Shown one piece after another: positions 48,653-61,526 of a stretch of 64,000 bases of DNA. The stretch lies in contig CM075987.1 of the NCBI GenBank assembly GCA_038087875.1, positions 25,794,001 through 25,858,000 of the forward strand, written 5' to 3'. Under the pieces are notes generated by a model that saw only the letters and a list, made by a program, of their open reading frames with translations, made no database searches and was not told the origin of the DNA. Each line of letters starts with the position of its first letter. Position 1 is the stretch's first letter. The translations under genes were made by a program, and so were the position numbers. This stretch comes from Malacoraja senta (Eukaryota).

Positions 48653-48976
48653 GTTTAGTTTATTTTAGTTTAGTTTAGAGATACAGCGCGGATACAGGCC
48701 CTTCGGCCCATCGGGTCTGCACTGACCAGCGATCCCCACACATTGACATTCTCCTACAGATTCTAGGGACAATTTACAATTTTACTGAAACCAATTAACC
48801 TACAAACCTGTACGTCTTTGTAGAGTGTGGGAGGAAACCGAAGATCTTGGAGAAAACCCACGCAGGTCACGGGGAGAACGTGGAAACTCAGTACAGACAG
48901 CACCCGTAGTCAGGATCGAACCCAGGTCTCTGGTGCTGTAAGGCAGTAGCTTTACTGTTGTGCCACCGTGCCGCCT
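48653..48976 (-). mobile_element. HE1-like V-SINE
   Basis: Full length. Confidence 0.9.
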
Positions 48977-49066
48977 AATTCACACTAGTAAGAGAAATAG
49001 ATTTGAAATAATTTTAAAATTTCGCACTTACTGTTCATTCACATTTTTTCTTTAACGGGGATACCA

Positions 49067-49400
49067 GGATGGGACGTCGAATGACGAGAAGCCGAAGTGG
49101 AAGCCGAAGTGGAAGCCAAGATACCGAACGGAAACGACGGTGAAAAGCCGTTCGGGTTCGTATCCTTTAGGCGTCGTGTCCATTCGGTTATTTGGCTTTT
49201 AGGCGTCGTGTCCATTCGGTTATTTGGCTTTTAGGCATCGTGTCCATTCGGTTATTTGGCTTTTAGGCATCGTGTCCATTCGGTTATTTGGCTTTTAGGC
49301 ATCGTGTCCATTTGGTTATTTGGCTTTTCGGCGTCGTTTTCGTTCGGTATCTTAGCTTCCACTTCTTCTCTTCGGCTTCTTGTCCTTCGACGTCGCGTCC
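49067..49400. mobile_element. Foldback-like non-autonomous element with modular inverted ends
   Basis: ~85-bp imperfect inverted ends (GGA.G.GACGTCGAA.GAC.AGAAGCCGAAG..AAGATACCGAACG.AAACGACG); no TSD resolved. Confidence 0.65.
49169..49328. repeat. 32-bp tandem repeat, 5 copies
   Basis: AGGC(G/A)TCGTGTCCATTCGGTTATTTGGCTTTT. Confidence 0.95.
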
Positions 49401-49981
49401 ACACACGGTTTATTAAGGGTAATCAACAAAATTAGCTTCAGGGTCATACAGCACGGAAACAGGCCCCTCGGCCCAACTTGCCATGCTGACCAAAATGCCT
49501 CATCTTCACTAGTCCCAACTGACTAAGTAAGGCCCATATCCTTCTAAGCCCTTCCTGTCCGTGTACCTGCCCAAATGCCTTTTAAATATTATTAAAAGAT
49601 GTCACGTTGGCGCGGCAGAAGAGTTGCTTCCTTACAGCACCAGAAACCAGTAACAGCATTTCAATCGCAGACTAGATGAGCCAAAGGGTCTATATCCATG
49701 CTGTATCTCTAAACAAAACTAAATTTGCCTCTCTGTAACCGAGCCCAAAGCAAAGGAATAAAGGTGACCTTTCATCAGTAATTAGTACGTGGCTATCAAC
49801 GAGATGATTCTATTTGCATGACAATTGAATCATCCACAATAATTAAAACCGTTGCATAAAGCTATTTTGAAAGATCGTGTAATTATTCCAAATTATAATT
49901 TGAATGCTAAAGCACCTGAGATTTAGGACGTAATCAAAATGATGACCCTTTATCCATGATGAGATAACATTATTTCTACTT

Positions 49982-50188
49982 TGTAGGAAGGAACTGCAGA
50001 TGCTGGTTTCAACCGACGATAGACACAAAATGCTGGAGTAACTCGGCGGGACAGACAGCATCTCTGGAGAGAAGGGATGGGTGATGTTTTGGATCGAGAG
50101 GCTGAAGGGTCTCAACCCGAAACATCACCCATTTCTTCTATCCAGAGATGCTGTCTGTTCCTGCTGAGTTACTCCAGCATTTTGTGTC
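49982..50188. mobile_element. Penelope-derived palindromic element (subfamily A)
   Basis: Tail plus inverted arms. Confidence 0.8.
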
Positions 50189-50247
50189 ACTATTTCTAAT
50201 TTTATGTATTTGAGATGCCCCATTTATCGATGTGTCAAATGTCCTCT

Positions 50248-50677
50248 CTGTGGATTGTCACCTTGTCGTGGTGGAGAAGCTTGTGTGGACCTGAGATCCT
50301 GAGAGCGATGCTGTCTGGAGCTCTGCTCCTGGTAGGGCCACCTATGGTGGTGAGGTCGAGGGGGAGGTCTCTGACAAAGAGCAATCCGACCAAGGCCTCA
50401 ACGGTGGAACAGGCGGAAGACGATGGCTGACCTTAGTGGAGCGTCACAACGGCTGGGAAGGCGGATGAAGGCTGCAGCAGAAAAGGGTCCCCGGTTGTCT
50501 TGGACTCCATGCCACTGGATCCTGACCCAGATCTGTCAAGGACCGTGGGGTGGCTGTCTGTGCACCAGTCTCCCCACGTTAAACAAAGTCACGCACAGGC
50601 GTCCTCCATATAGGGAATAGCACCCTGGAGACACACATGGTCAGCCACGACCGAAGGGGGGCTAAGAAAAGAAGAAG
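50248..50677 (+). mobile_element. Non-autonomous RTE (Expander/BovB-type 5' end) derivative
   Basis: GGATTGTCACCTTGTCGTGGTGG..TAGGGCCACCTA..GACAAAGAGCAATCC head; (AAG)n tail; TSD TGTCCTCT (50240-50247, 50678-50685). Confidence 0.8.
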
Positions 50678-50851
50678 TGTCCTCTGCCCCCACCCCAATC
50701 CTATTCATAGGTTCCATATTAGGTTTTAACAGTTACTATTTCATCTAAGGCATCCTAAGATTTGAAAAACAACAATTTGTGAAACAAGCTGTAAAATTTG
50801 TTTCACTACTTGTATTTAGCGTTGACTTGAAATCTAAATGCAAGTATATGT

Positions 50852-51160
50852 CATGGTGGCACAGCGGTAGAGTTGCTGCCTTACAGCACTTACAGAGTCC
50901 CGAGGGTTCGATCCTCACTGCGGGTGCTTGTCTGTACGGAGATTGTACGTTCCACCCGTGACGTACGTGGGTTTTCTCCAAGAACTTCGGTTTCCTCCCA
51001 CACTCCAAAGACATACAGATCTGGAGGCTTAGTGTCAATATAAAAGAATGCCACTAGTGTAGGATAGGGTTGGTGGGAGGGGATCACTGGTCGGTGCGGA
51101 CTCGGTGGGCTGAAGTGTCTGTTTCTGCGCTGTATCTCCAAAACGAACAAAAAAACTAAA
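50852..51160 (+). mobile_element. HE1-like V-SINE
   Basis: Full length. Confidence 0.88.
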
Positions 51161-51394
51161 CATGGGAATTGTATTAAAGCTTCTCTGCGGTGGTTCCATT
51201 TTGGGATGATTGACATCTCAGTCTTGACGGAAGCTCGGGTAAGTACGTAACTTTTTTTCCATGGTGGGTGAGTTTTAAGAGGGACCTTTAAACCAGCATC
51301 TGCAGTTCCTTCCCACACATTCAAATCTCTACTTTGCCAGGCTGAGTTTTGCGTTGTTCTCCTCGGTAAACATTGGTGGATTCTTGAGTAATGA

Positions 51395-51866
51395 TGGCAA
51401 GCCACTCCCTTTCCTGCTGGACATATACAGGAAGAGATGTATCAGCAGAGCCATCTCCATCATCAAAGACCCCTACCACCCATCCCATCACATATTCTCC
51501 ATCCTGCCATCTGGGAAGAGGTACCGGAGCATTAGGTGCAAAACCAGCAGGATGCTCCTCAGCTTCTTCCCGCAGGGTATAAGACTGATAAACGGACTTT
51601 GTCCCCTGCCAAAGTAACCTGCACCAACCACCAACCTGGACACACTGCAGCAGAGCCACTGTCGTGCCGCTGCCGATCGGAACGCCTGTTGATGTTTAGT
51701 AGAGTAGAGTGTTAATTTGTTCATGATATATATATTTTTACTTCTATTTATTTTTTACTGCACACACTGAAATGGACACTGGTTGAGGAACGTTTTTTTG
51801 TTTCCTCTGGGTATGCGAATACTCAGGAAATAACAATAAAGATATACAATACAATACAATACAATA
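51395..51866 (+). mobile_element. Rex1/Babar LINE 3' fragment
   Basis: IYRKRCISRAISIIKDPYHPSH..LPSGKRYRS..SFFPQGIRLIN; (TACAA)n tail. Confidence 0.9.
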
Positions 51867-53071
51867 AGCATTGCACAGTCTAAAGCTGCATCTTTAGAAT
51901 TATGCAAGCATGAAAATGCAATAACTAAAACCGTGCCTGTAACAAAACACAAAAGGAAATATTTCTGAAGTACTCAAACCCCTCTCAACTCTTACCAGGC
52001 AACAGCGGGGAGGAACAGCAGGACATCCCGAAGTGATTACTCTCATTGCAAATGCCATTCTTAACACATGCCGTCCGGGGCCAAACCACATTAACTGTGA
52101 CACAGTCCATCAGTCAAACGGGAAATTCCTAATAGGTTATGTAAGCACGGCACTGGGAAACTTAGTCTGCCCGACCTGCCAGTCTCCGCATCCTCGACTG
52201 GCAAGTTCAAGTTCACTGAATCCAACTCGAGATTACTGACGTGTGCTTAATGTGATTCAATGCAGATTCAAAATTGAAGATAGTTGATATTGACTTCACC
52301 AACCCAAGAAGGAGCTTTCATTCTTGATGGCAAAATAAGAGAAGAGAATCCCTTCTCGCATTTAATCCTTCACATTTCAGTGTTCAAAAGTTCATATGTG
52401 ATAGGATCAGAGTTAGGCCATTCGGCCCATCAAGTCTACTCCGCCATACACTCATGGCCGATCTATCTCTCACTCTCAACCACATTCTCCAAACACTGTT
52501 GTTTTATGGCCAAGAACAATACTTTATGAGCTATTTGAGTGAAACAGAAATGGGGCAAAATAATGCACATCTTACATCTTAGTATTGGCATTGGTTTATT
52601 ATTGTTATGTGTACCGAGATACAGTGAAAGACTTCTACGTCTTTGGAGTGTGGGAGGAAACTGGAGCTCCTAGAGAAAACCCACGCAGGTCACATACTAA
52701 CTCCATACAGACAGCACCCGTAGTCAGGATCGAACCCGGGTCTCTGGTACTGTGAGGCAGCAACTCTACCGCTGCTCCACTGTGCCACCCTACATATACC
52801 GGATACCATACATGAGTACATTCATACTTTATACGCAAAAGAAAAAGGAAATAGGATACAGAAAGTAGTGCAGCTATGGAGAAAGTGCAGATTTAAAAAT
52901 AAATCCTTTTTCCAATGACAAAATTGCAAATAAATTCATTTTAAATAGAATTAGAAGGGTGTAGATTCCTTTCTATACAGGGAGAATAAAATGAACCATA
53001 CTGTGGTGGCGCCTCCTTCTTTGATGTCATGCTGATCCCCGTTTATGCAGGCTGGCCTGAGCAGCTGAAGA

Positions 53072-53262
53072 CCAGCACCATGGACAGTGCCTGGCTGCAG
53101 AGACATCCAGCACCATGGACAGTGCCTGGCTGCAGAGACATCCAGCACCATGGACAGTGCCTGGCTGCAGAGACATCCAGCACCATGGACAGTGCCTGGC
53201 TGCAGAGACATTCAGCACCATGGACAGTGCCTGGCTGCAGAGACATCCAGCACCATGGACAG
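53072..53262. repeat. 35-bp minisatellite, about 5.5 copies
   Basis: CCAGCACCATGGACAGTGCCTGGCTGCAGAGACAT at 53072, 53107, 53142, 53177, 53212, partial at 53247. Confidence 0.97.
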
Positions 53263-53315
53263 CAGTCTGTACAGAGCTGGGCCCACAGCCAGAGGAGCAA
53301 CAACTGTGTCCTATT

Positions 53316-54091
<776 letters not shown>

Positions 54092-54329
54092 CAGATCTGC
54101 AATGAACATGTACAATGGCAGGGAAGATTTATAATTACTTTATATTACAGCTCATACAAATAAAGCCACTTTATACTGATTATAATTCCCGAGCCTAGCA
54201 GCTAATAGAGAACCAACAACAAAACCATGAACAAAAATCTCAAGCTCAAGAAGTGAAACATTTCAGGATGTCAGTATCAATGTTTGCGGTTTGCCTTTAG
54301 TTACATTTTTGAAGACAATAGCAGGAGAC

Positions 54330-54541
54330 GGACACAAAATGCTGGAGTAACTCAGCGGGACGGGCAGCATCTCTGGAGAGAGAAGGAGCGGGTGACATTT
54401 TGGGTCGAGACCCTTCTTCAGACCCGACCCCGAAACGTCACCCATTCCTTCCTTCTCTCCAGAGATGCTGCCTGTCCCGCTGAGTTACTCCAGCACTTTG
54501 TGTCTACCTTTGGTTTAAACCAGCATCTGCAGTTCCTTCCT
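54330..54541. mobile_element. Penelope-derived palindromic element (subfamily A)
   Basis: Inverted arms plus tail. Confidence 0.82.
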
Positions 54542-54979
54542 CGACAGTAAAAGCCGAGCGGAATTACCAGGATTGTAAGAGAGAAATAACTGGAGGAACT
54601 TCAGATTCCAGCATCTGCAACCTCTTGCATCTCCAGGTTGTCAATACTGTATATTTACCTTTCAATTATACTTTATTTATCAAGAAATAAAAGTATTTTC
54701 AGAAAGAATCAGAAATGAACCTACAGTTGATTGAAGCAGATGGTGACAGGAGCAGAAGAGATATATTGTTTTGCAATTTGTTTATGATACAACCCATTTC
54801 TGTCTGGGATCATAAAACACCATATTGTGCATGGACATCTGAGCCTGCAAGAGAATTTGACACGACTTGGATTGAAATTTGGATATTGGAATTGAGGGAA
54901 TGTAAGAGAAAAAGTGTTTTTTTGATTTTCTTACACTGCTGAAAAACATGTCTATCGTGAATCTGATATGTCAGTAAAC

Positions 54980-55287
54980 TATAGAATCACAGAGACAGAC
55001 AGCGTGGTAATGGGCCCTTCGGCCCAACTTGCCCACACTGACCAACATGTCCCATCTACACTAGTCCCACCTGCCTGCATTTGTTCCACATCCCTCTAAA
55101 CTTGTCCTATCCACGTACCTGTCTGATTGTTTCTTAAATGTTGTGATAGTCCCAGCCTCAACTACCTCCTCTGGTACAGTAGCTCGTTCCATGCACCCAC
55201 CACCCTCTGTGTGAAAAAGTTACCCCTCAGATTCCTATTAAATCTTTTCCCCTTCACCTTAAACCTATGTCCTCTGGTCCTCGATTC
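54980..55287 (-). mobile_element. CR1-like 3' fragment
   Basis: Matches 16815-17150. Confidence 0.87.
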
Positions 55288-55451
55288 TTCTCTCTTTAGA
55301 CCAAGTTACGGCAGTGGGCAAGAATGTCACTAGTTTCTCCACTAGTTTCACAAATTGATGGTTCCGAAGGGTCTCGACCCGAAATGTCACCTATCCATGT
55401 TTTCCAGAGATGCTGCCTAACCCGCTGAGTTACACCAGCACTTTAATTCAT

Positions 55452-56607
55452 TAGACTGGTCTTTGTGGACTTCTCTAGCGCCTTTAACACCGTGCAACCT
55501 CACATGATGGGACGAAAACTGCTCCAGATGGATGTCAACCCGCACCTGGTCCTCTGGATGCTCTCATTCTTGACAGATGGACACCAGAGGGTTCGAGTCA
55601 ACGGTCACCTCAGTTCATCCAAGAGCCCCACAAGGCCCTGTAATCTCACTGGTTCTGTACACACTATACACAAACGACTGCAGGAGCACTAACCCAGGTA
55701 TAACATACATTAAATACTCTGATGACACTGTGATCATGGACACCACCAACTCTCAGGGACAGCTACAGTCTGAGATGGACATTTTTGCAGAGTGGAACTG
55801 CCTTGACCTCAATACCTCCAAAACAAAGCAGTTGGTTGTTGACTTCCGTAAAGGTCCTTCCATCACCCCCACTCTGTTAGTCAACAACCAGCCAATAGAA
55901 AGGATCGAGTCATACAGACACCTTGGGACAATAATTGATCACAAACTCACCTTCCAACTAAACAGTGAAACTATATTTTCTAAGTGTCAGCAGCGCCTCT
56001 TTTTCCTGAGGAAACTCCGCAGACCAGTCAGTCCTGACAGCTTTTTACAAATGTTTCATTGAGTCAGTAATAACCTCCAATATGTCAGCCTGGCTTGGGT
56101 CACTATCCAACATCCATCGCAACCCACTAAACAAAATCATATCAATGAGCAATAAAATAATCGGACTGGAGCAGGAACCACTGATCAGTATTTACAATAG
56201 AAGGACTAAACTAAAAGGAACACAAATAGCCTCAGACACCACTCACCCACTGCACAACCAATACAGTCTTCTACCCTCAGGCCAGAGAAACAGGTCACTC
56301 ACATTCAGGACTAAGAGAGCCATGTTGAGCTTCATGCCTACATCCGTTAGACTCATGAATAGTTGATCTCTTTATTTATTCATTTATTTATATATACATT
56401 TTTAACATTCTTTTAATGTTTTTATTGCCTATTCTTCATGTATTGTGCTTTGCAAGTTTTACCTACTGTCCACTGTTGGACTGCTGGCGTGTGATGTGTG
56501 CTGGTATATTGTGTTGTGCTGCTGGGCATGTCAACTGTACACGCGCTGATGTTCTGCACAAACAAAGTTCCTAACGGATAAATAACGTTCATTGAAATTG
56601 AAATTGA
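55452..56607 (+). mobile_element. Rex1/Babar LINE, ~1.15 kb with frameshifted RT
   Basis: FVDFSSAFNTVQPH, APQG.V.S..LYTLYTNDC, KYSDDT, CQQRLFFLRKLR, HPLH..LLPSG; (ATTGAA)n tail. Confidence 0.93.
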
Positions 56608-56683
56608 TATGTTCTTCTTTGTGAACCAGCATCTAGAGTTCCATCTTCCAAGCTCTTACCTCCTGGACTTTGTTCTGCCTCTA

Positions 56684-57146
56684 CAGCAGCTGCACTGTTG
56701 CGGACAGGAAGGGACTACAACGGGTGGTGAAAACCGCGCAGCACATCATCGGTGCCCCGCTCCCTGCCGTGGATGCCCTCCACCGAAAACGGTGTCTGAA
56801 ACGGGCTGGGAAGATCATTAAAGACCCCTCCCACCCCAACCATGGACTGTTTGCCCTCCTCCCATCAGGGAGACGGTACAGGAGCCTCAGGTCTCGTACC
56901 AGTAGGATGAGGAACAATGAGCTTCTCAATTATACCGTCGCATTGCTGAGCTCGGAGTCCGGCCGATAGATTCCTCCGGTCCCTCCGTCCCCATTGTTAA
57001 TTATTCTGTATTTTTGATTATTCTGTATCCTCTTTTTTTTTAAATTTCTATATTGCACTACTACTACGGACTGACGCAAAACTGCATTTCGTTGTACCCA
57101 TACTCAGTATTTGTGCAATGACATTAAAGTTGAATTGAATTGAATA
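56684..57146 (+). mobile_element. Rex1/Babar LINE 3' fragment
   Basis: SCTVADRKGLQRVVKTAQHIIG..DPSHPNHGLFALLPSGRRYRS; (TTGAA)n tail. Confidence 0.9.
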
Positions 57147-57859
57147 CTCTCTTCCAACTCTCCTCCCCACAAACAAACAGTCTGAAGAAGGATCTCGACC
57201 CAAAACGTCACCCATTCCTTCTCTCCAGAGACGCTGCCTGACCCGCAGAATTACTCCAGCTTTTTGTGTCTAACTTCGGTTTAAACCAGCATCTGCAGTT
57301 CCTTCCTACTCATCATGTTCCCCAGAGATGCTGCCTAAGCTGCTGAGTTACTCCAACACTCTACGCCTTTTCGTTTGTCAATAAAGACTGCCGTTTCAAA
57401 ATCACTTTAGATTTTCTGTTTTTCGGAAAGTGGTAGCTGGAGATTGGAAATGATAGCAGAAGCTTATGTCTATCAATTTGCACCTATAGGAAAACAAAGC
57501 CACATGTGCAGATGAAGTGGTTCCATAAGGAAGTTGATCGTCCCATTGCCTTATGTTCTATCAACACTAAGTGGGCAGAGTTCAAGCGATAAGCACAATC
57601 AACACACAGTTACAAACTGTCAACACACATATAAGGGAACCGCAGAGATGTCTCCACAATCCTCTGTTCAATATGCATGATTGTTTAAATATTTTATCTC
57701 GCCAATCTACAGACATGCCGTATTTGACTCTAAATGGTTTCTACTTACAACTGAATGCCGACACTATTATATTCTGCCCCGTGAAGAAGAATAAATCTAT
57801 GGAGATTTTCAATGTCTCAGATAATCTGTGCAATTTTCCATGTTGGGGAATTACGTTGT

Positions 57860-58490
57860 CAATAGACAATAGACAATGGACAATGGGTGCAGGAGCAGGC
57901 CATTCGGCCCTTCGAGCCAGCACCGCCATTCAATGTGATCATGGCTGATCATCCCCAATCAGTACCCCGTTCCTGCCTTCCCCCCATATCCCCTGACTCC
58001 GCTATCTTTAAGAGCCCGATCTAGCTCTCTTGAAAGTATCCAGAGAACCTGCCTCCACCACCCTCTGAGGCAGAGAATTCCACAGACTCACAACTCTCTG
58101 TGTGAAGAAGTGTTTCTTCATCTCCGTTCTAAATGGCTTAAGGGCCTGTCCCACGAGCATGTGACTGCATGCGGCAAGCGCGACGTAACGTGGTCGCTTG
58201 AGCCGTACGGCCTCGCGGGGCCGGTCCCACTTTGATCGCCGGAGTCGCATGCTCGTGGGACAGGCCCTTTACCCCTTATTCTTAAACTGTGGCCCCTGGT
58301 TCTGTACTCCCCCAACATCGGGAACATGTTTCCTGCCTCTAGTGTGTCCAAACCCTTAATAACCTTAGGTAGACAAAAGTGCTGGAGAAACTCAGCAGGT
58401 GCAGCAGCATCTATGGAGCGAAGGAAATAGGCAACGTTTCAGGCCTTATATGTTCCAGTAAGATCCCCTCTCATCCTTCTAAATTCCAGA
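57860..58490 (-). mobile_element. CR1/HER1-like 3' fragment with nested MITE and PLE arm (about 58367-58445)
   Basis: DTLEAGNMFPMLGE.RTRGHSLRIRGK|MITE|PFRTEMKKHFF. Confidence 0.9.
58141..58268. mobile_element. 128-bp Harbinger-type MITE
   Basis: TIR AGGGCCTGTCCCACGAGCATG; TTA TSD (58138-58140, 58269-58271). Confidence 0.93.
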
Positions 58491-58913
58491 GTATGGTATG
58501 TTGTAGTCTTAATCAAAATGTCCACAGAACTCAGAGCATGTTTCCACTCATGGGAGAGTCCAGGACTAGAGTCCATTGCCTCAGAATAAAAGGAGGTACC
58601 TTCAGAAAGTAGTCAGGATTGAACCTGGGTCTCTTGACCGGGACTTTACCGCTGCACCACCTTGCGGCCCCCAGAGTGTATGGAATAGGTGCAACAGTGG
58701 GATCACATAGAACCAGTGTGAACGGGTGATCGATGGTTGGCATGGAATAGGTGGGCCGAAGGGCCTGTTTTCTTGCTGTATCTTCCAATCAATCAAAATC
58801 CAATCACTACTATAGCAAGGACCACATCTGGTGTACACTCAATGGAATGAATCTGCAACATTTCTGACATGGAAACTCAGAGCAAATTAAGAGATAGGCA
58901 GTGAAAGAATCTT

Positions 58914-59241
58914 TTTTAGTTTAGTTTAGTTTACAGATACGGCGTGGAAACAGGCCCTTTGGCTGACCGAGTCCGTACCGACCAGCGATCCCCACGCATT
59001 AACACTATCCCACGCACACTAGGAACAATTTACACTTCTACCAAGCCAATTATCCTACAAACCTGTACGTCTTTTTGGAGTGTGGGAGGAAACAGAAGAT
59101 CTCGGAGAAAAAACACACAGGTCACGGGGAGAACGTACAAACTCCGTACAGGCAGCACCCGTAGTCGGGATCGAACCCGTGTCTCCGGCGTCACAAGCGC
59201 AGTAAGGCAGCAACTCTACCGCTGCTCCACTGCGACCACCC
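58914..59241 (-). mobile_element. HE1-like V-SINE
   Basis: Full length. Confidence 0.9.
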
Positions 59242-60132
59242 TTTGTGTCAATCTTCGGGGAGTCGTTCCCAGATGAAGATTTAGGAAACACGAGGTTTCG
59301 AATGGATTTATTTGTGTCGCTGGAACTATGGGATATAATGCACCAGATCTCAGAAGTGTGAGAGGCTCCGATGGAAATATATGATATACGAGTCATTTAA
59401 ACTGAAGAGTGAACAAAATTTAAGGCTATAAATTTAACAAAGGCAAAATGACAGAAACCCAGATAAAGAATAATGACCAGTCAACTGCAGCACCATTATT
59501 CAAGGTCATTTAAAGGAAAATTGCTCTCATAACTGGAACAGCTTTGATTATTCAGTAGCTGAATGCTATTCATGAAATATCTTTAGTCTGAAGCTTTGAC
59601 GATTATTTGTTATACCGGATAGTTTTACATTGCGATGCAGTGTGAAAATATAGATTCAGCGGGCCATTACTCACTGTCATCAGATGTACAGTGCTCGGTT
59701 TGAATATAATACTTGTTTCATGGAACTGTTTGCACAGCTGTTCTGCTCCAGTTGTTAAAACAGGCGTCCCCATTCATCACAGGTTACTGGCTGCCGGAGA
59801 TGAAAATGTTCAACCCAAATAGGATTTATACCTCTCAACTTCAACGGCGAGCGATGAAAATACAGGGAGGAAACAGCCCACTGAGTCCACGCCAACCAGC
59901 GATCCCAACACTATCCGCCATAGTCCAGTTCAGTGGAGGTTCAATTCCAACCCAATGATCTCTTTGGACTTTAAGAAACTCATCTGACGAAAGTCAAGAG
60001 TCAAGTGTGTTTTATTGCCATATGTCCCAGACAGAACAATGACATTCTTACTTGCAGCAACATAACAGAGCATGTAAACATAGTACTTTGTAAACAGTAA
60101 GGAAAGCACCCTTCTTCAGACTGATGGAGTCA

Positions 60133-60431
60133 TTTAGTTTAGTTCAGGGATACAGCGCGGAAACAGGCCCTTCAGCCCGCACGACCAGCGATCCCCGCAC
60201 ACTAACACCATGCCCCACGCTCTAGGGGTAATTCACAATTTTACCTGGCCATTTAATCTACAAAGCTGTACATTTTGTGGGATGTGGGGGGGAAATTAGG
60301 ACACTCCTACTGCAGGAAACCTACATCATCACAGGAACAACGTGCAAACTCCACAGAGACGACACCCGGGGTCAGGATGAAACCCCGGTCTCTGGCGCTG
60401 TGAGGCTGCAGCTCTACCAGCTGTGCCGCCC
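60133..60431 (-). mobile_element. V-SINE (diverged)
   Basis: Head, V domain, tail. Confidence 0.78.
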
Positions 60432-60448
60432 AATTATAGACCACGGGA

Positions 60449-60544
60449 AGGTACACAAAAATGCTGGAGAAACTCAGCGGGTGCAGCAGCATCTATGGAG
60501 CGAAGGAAATAGGTAACGTTTCGGGCCGAAACCCTTCTTCAGAC
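60449..60544 (-). mobile_element. Solo PLE arm (subfamily B) with intact hammerhead core at 60515-60542
   Basis: Minus GGT-CTGAAGA-A-GGGT TTCG GCCC-GAAA-CG-TT-ACC; flanked by AGACCACGGGAAG direct repeat. Confidence 0.85.
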
Positions 60545-60617
60545 CACGGGAAGACTTAAATGGAAGGGTTAAGTAAGGAGAAGAGAGGCAAATTATATTC
60601 TCCCCACAGTGACAAGT

Positions 60618-61000
60618 AAGTAAGTAAATAAATACGTTTATTGGCCAAGTATTCACATACAAGGAATTTGCCTAGGTGCTCCGCTCACAAGTAACAACAT
60701 GACATACAGTGACAGTTACGAATGACTCAGAAAACACTAAACATTAATAATAATAAAACATTAATGATAAAACACCATTGATCAAGCAAGTGAACTAACA
60801 AAATACCAGATCAAAGGGAGGCTACAGATTCTTGGCTGTTGAGTAGAGCAACTACTCGTGGATAAAAACTGTTTTTAATGTCTGGCTGTGGCAGCTTTGA
60901 CAGTCCGGAGTCGCCTTCCAGAGGGAAGTGATTCAAAGAGTTTGTGTCCAGGGTGAGAGGGGTCAGAGACGATCTTGCCTGCTCGCTTCCTGGCCATGCT
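60618..61000 (-). mobile_element. Rex1/Babar LINE 3' fragment
   Basis: RKRAGKIVSDPSHPGHKLFESLPSGRRLR; (TTAC)n-like tail. Confidence 0.88.
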
Positions 61001-61526
61001 GGCTTTCAACGTCACATCCACACCACGGTTTTCGGAAATTGTACTTGATTTTCCTAACGACCGTGGCAACAAGCAACGAGCACAGGACAAGCAATGGCAT
61101 GATTTCAGCTCGGTCAATAGCCGAATGAAATGCAAAATGCTCCGTTTAATTTAACATCGCTAAATTATCAACTGTAGCACTTATTTGTTCCATGAAATTG
61201 ATTCACCGCACTAATCATTGGATGAATAGACAGCAGCTCCCTCACCAATTAAACTGAATATTAGATTTAGTGATGGAAAATATTCTGTTTAATCCAATTA
61301 ACTGCTCAGCTGAAAAACCAAACGTAGCGATCGGGCTAAAGCTGGGGAACGCGGCAAGTTGCACTTCCAAAAGTGAATTAAAAATGTATTTGACACTGCA
61401 CTGTAAAGAGTGTTTAGTTTCAAAGGCCACTGCATTCCAGAAATACATTACAAATGTATAATACCAAAATGTTTTTGGCTATGGCCAACTGATATTGAAG
61501 CGACAATGATAGTCATGGAAAAAGAA

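Noticed and set aside
49169..49328. 32-bp repeats of CRISPR-like length
   Set aside because: Head-to-tail with no unique spacers, eukaryotic context, no cas genes.
51180..51245. Plus-strand exon ending CGG|GTAAGT
   Set aside because: No convincing acceptor, unrecognised peptide, no partner exons.
53072..53262. 35-bp repeats of CRISPR-like length
   Set aside because: Contiguous minisatellite with no spacers.
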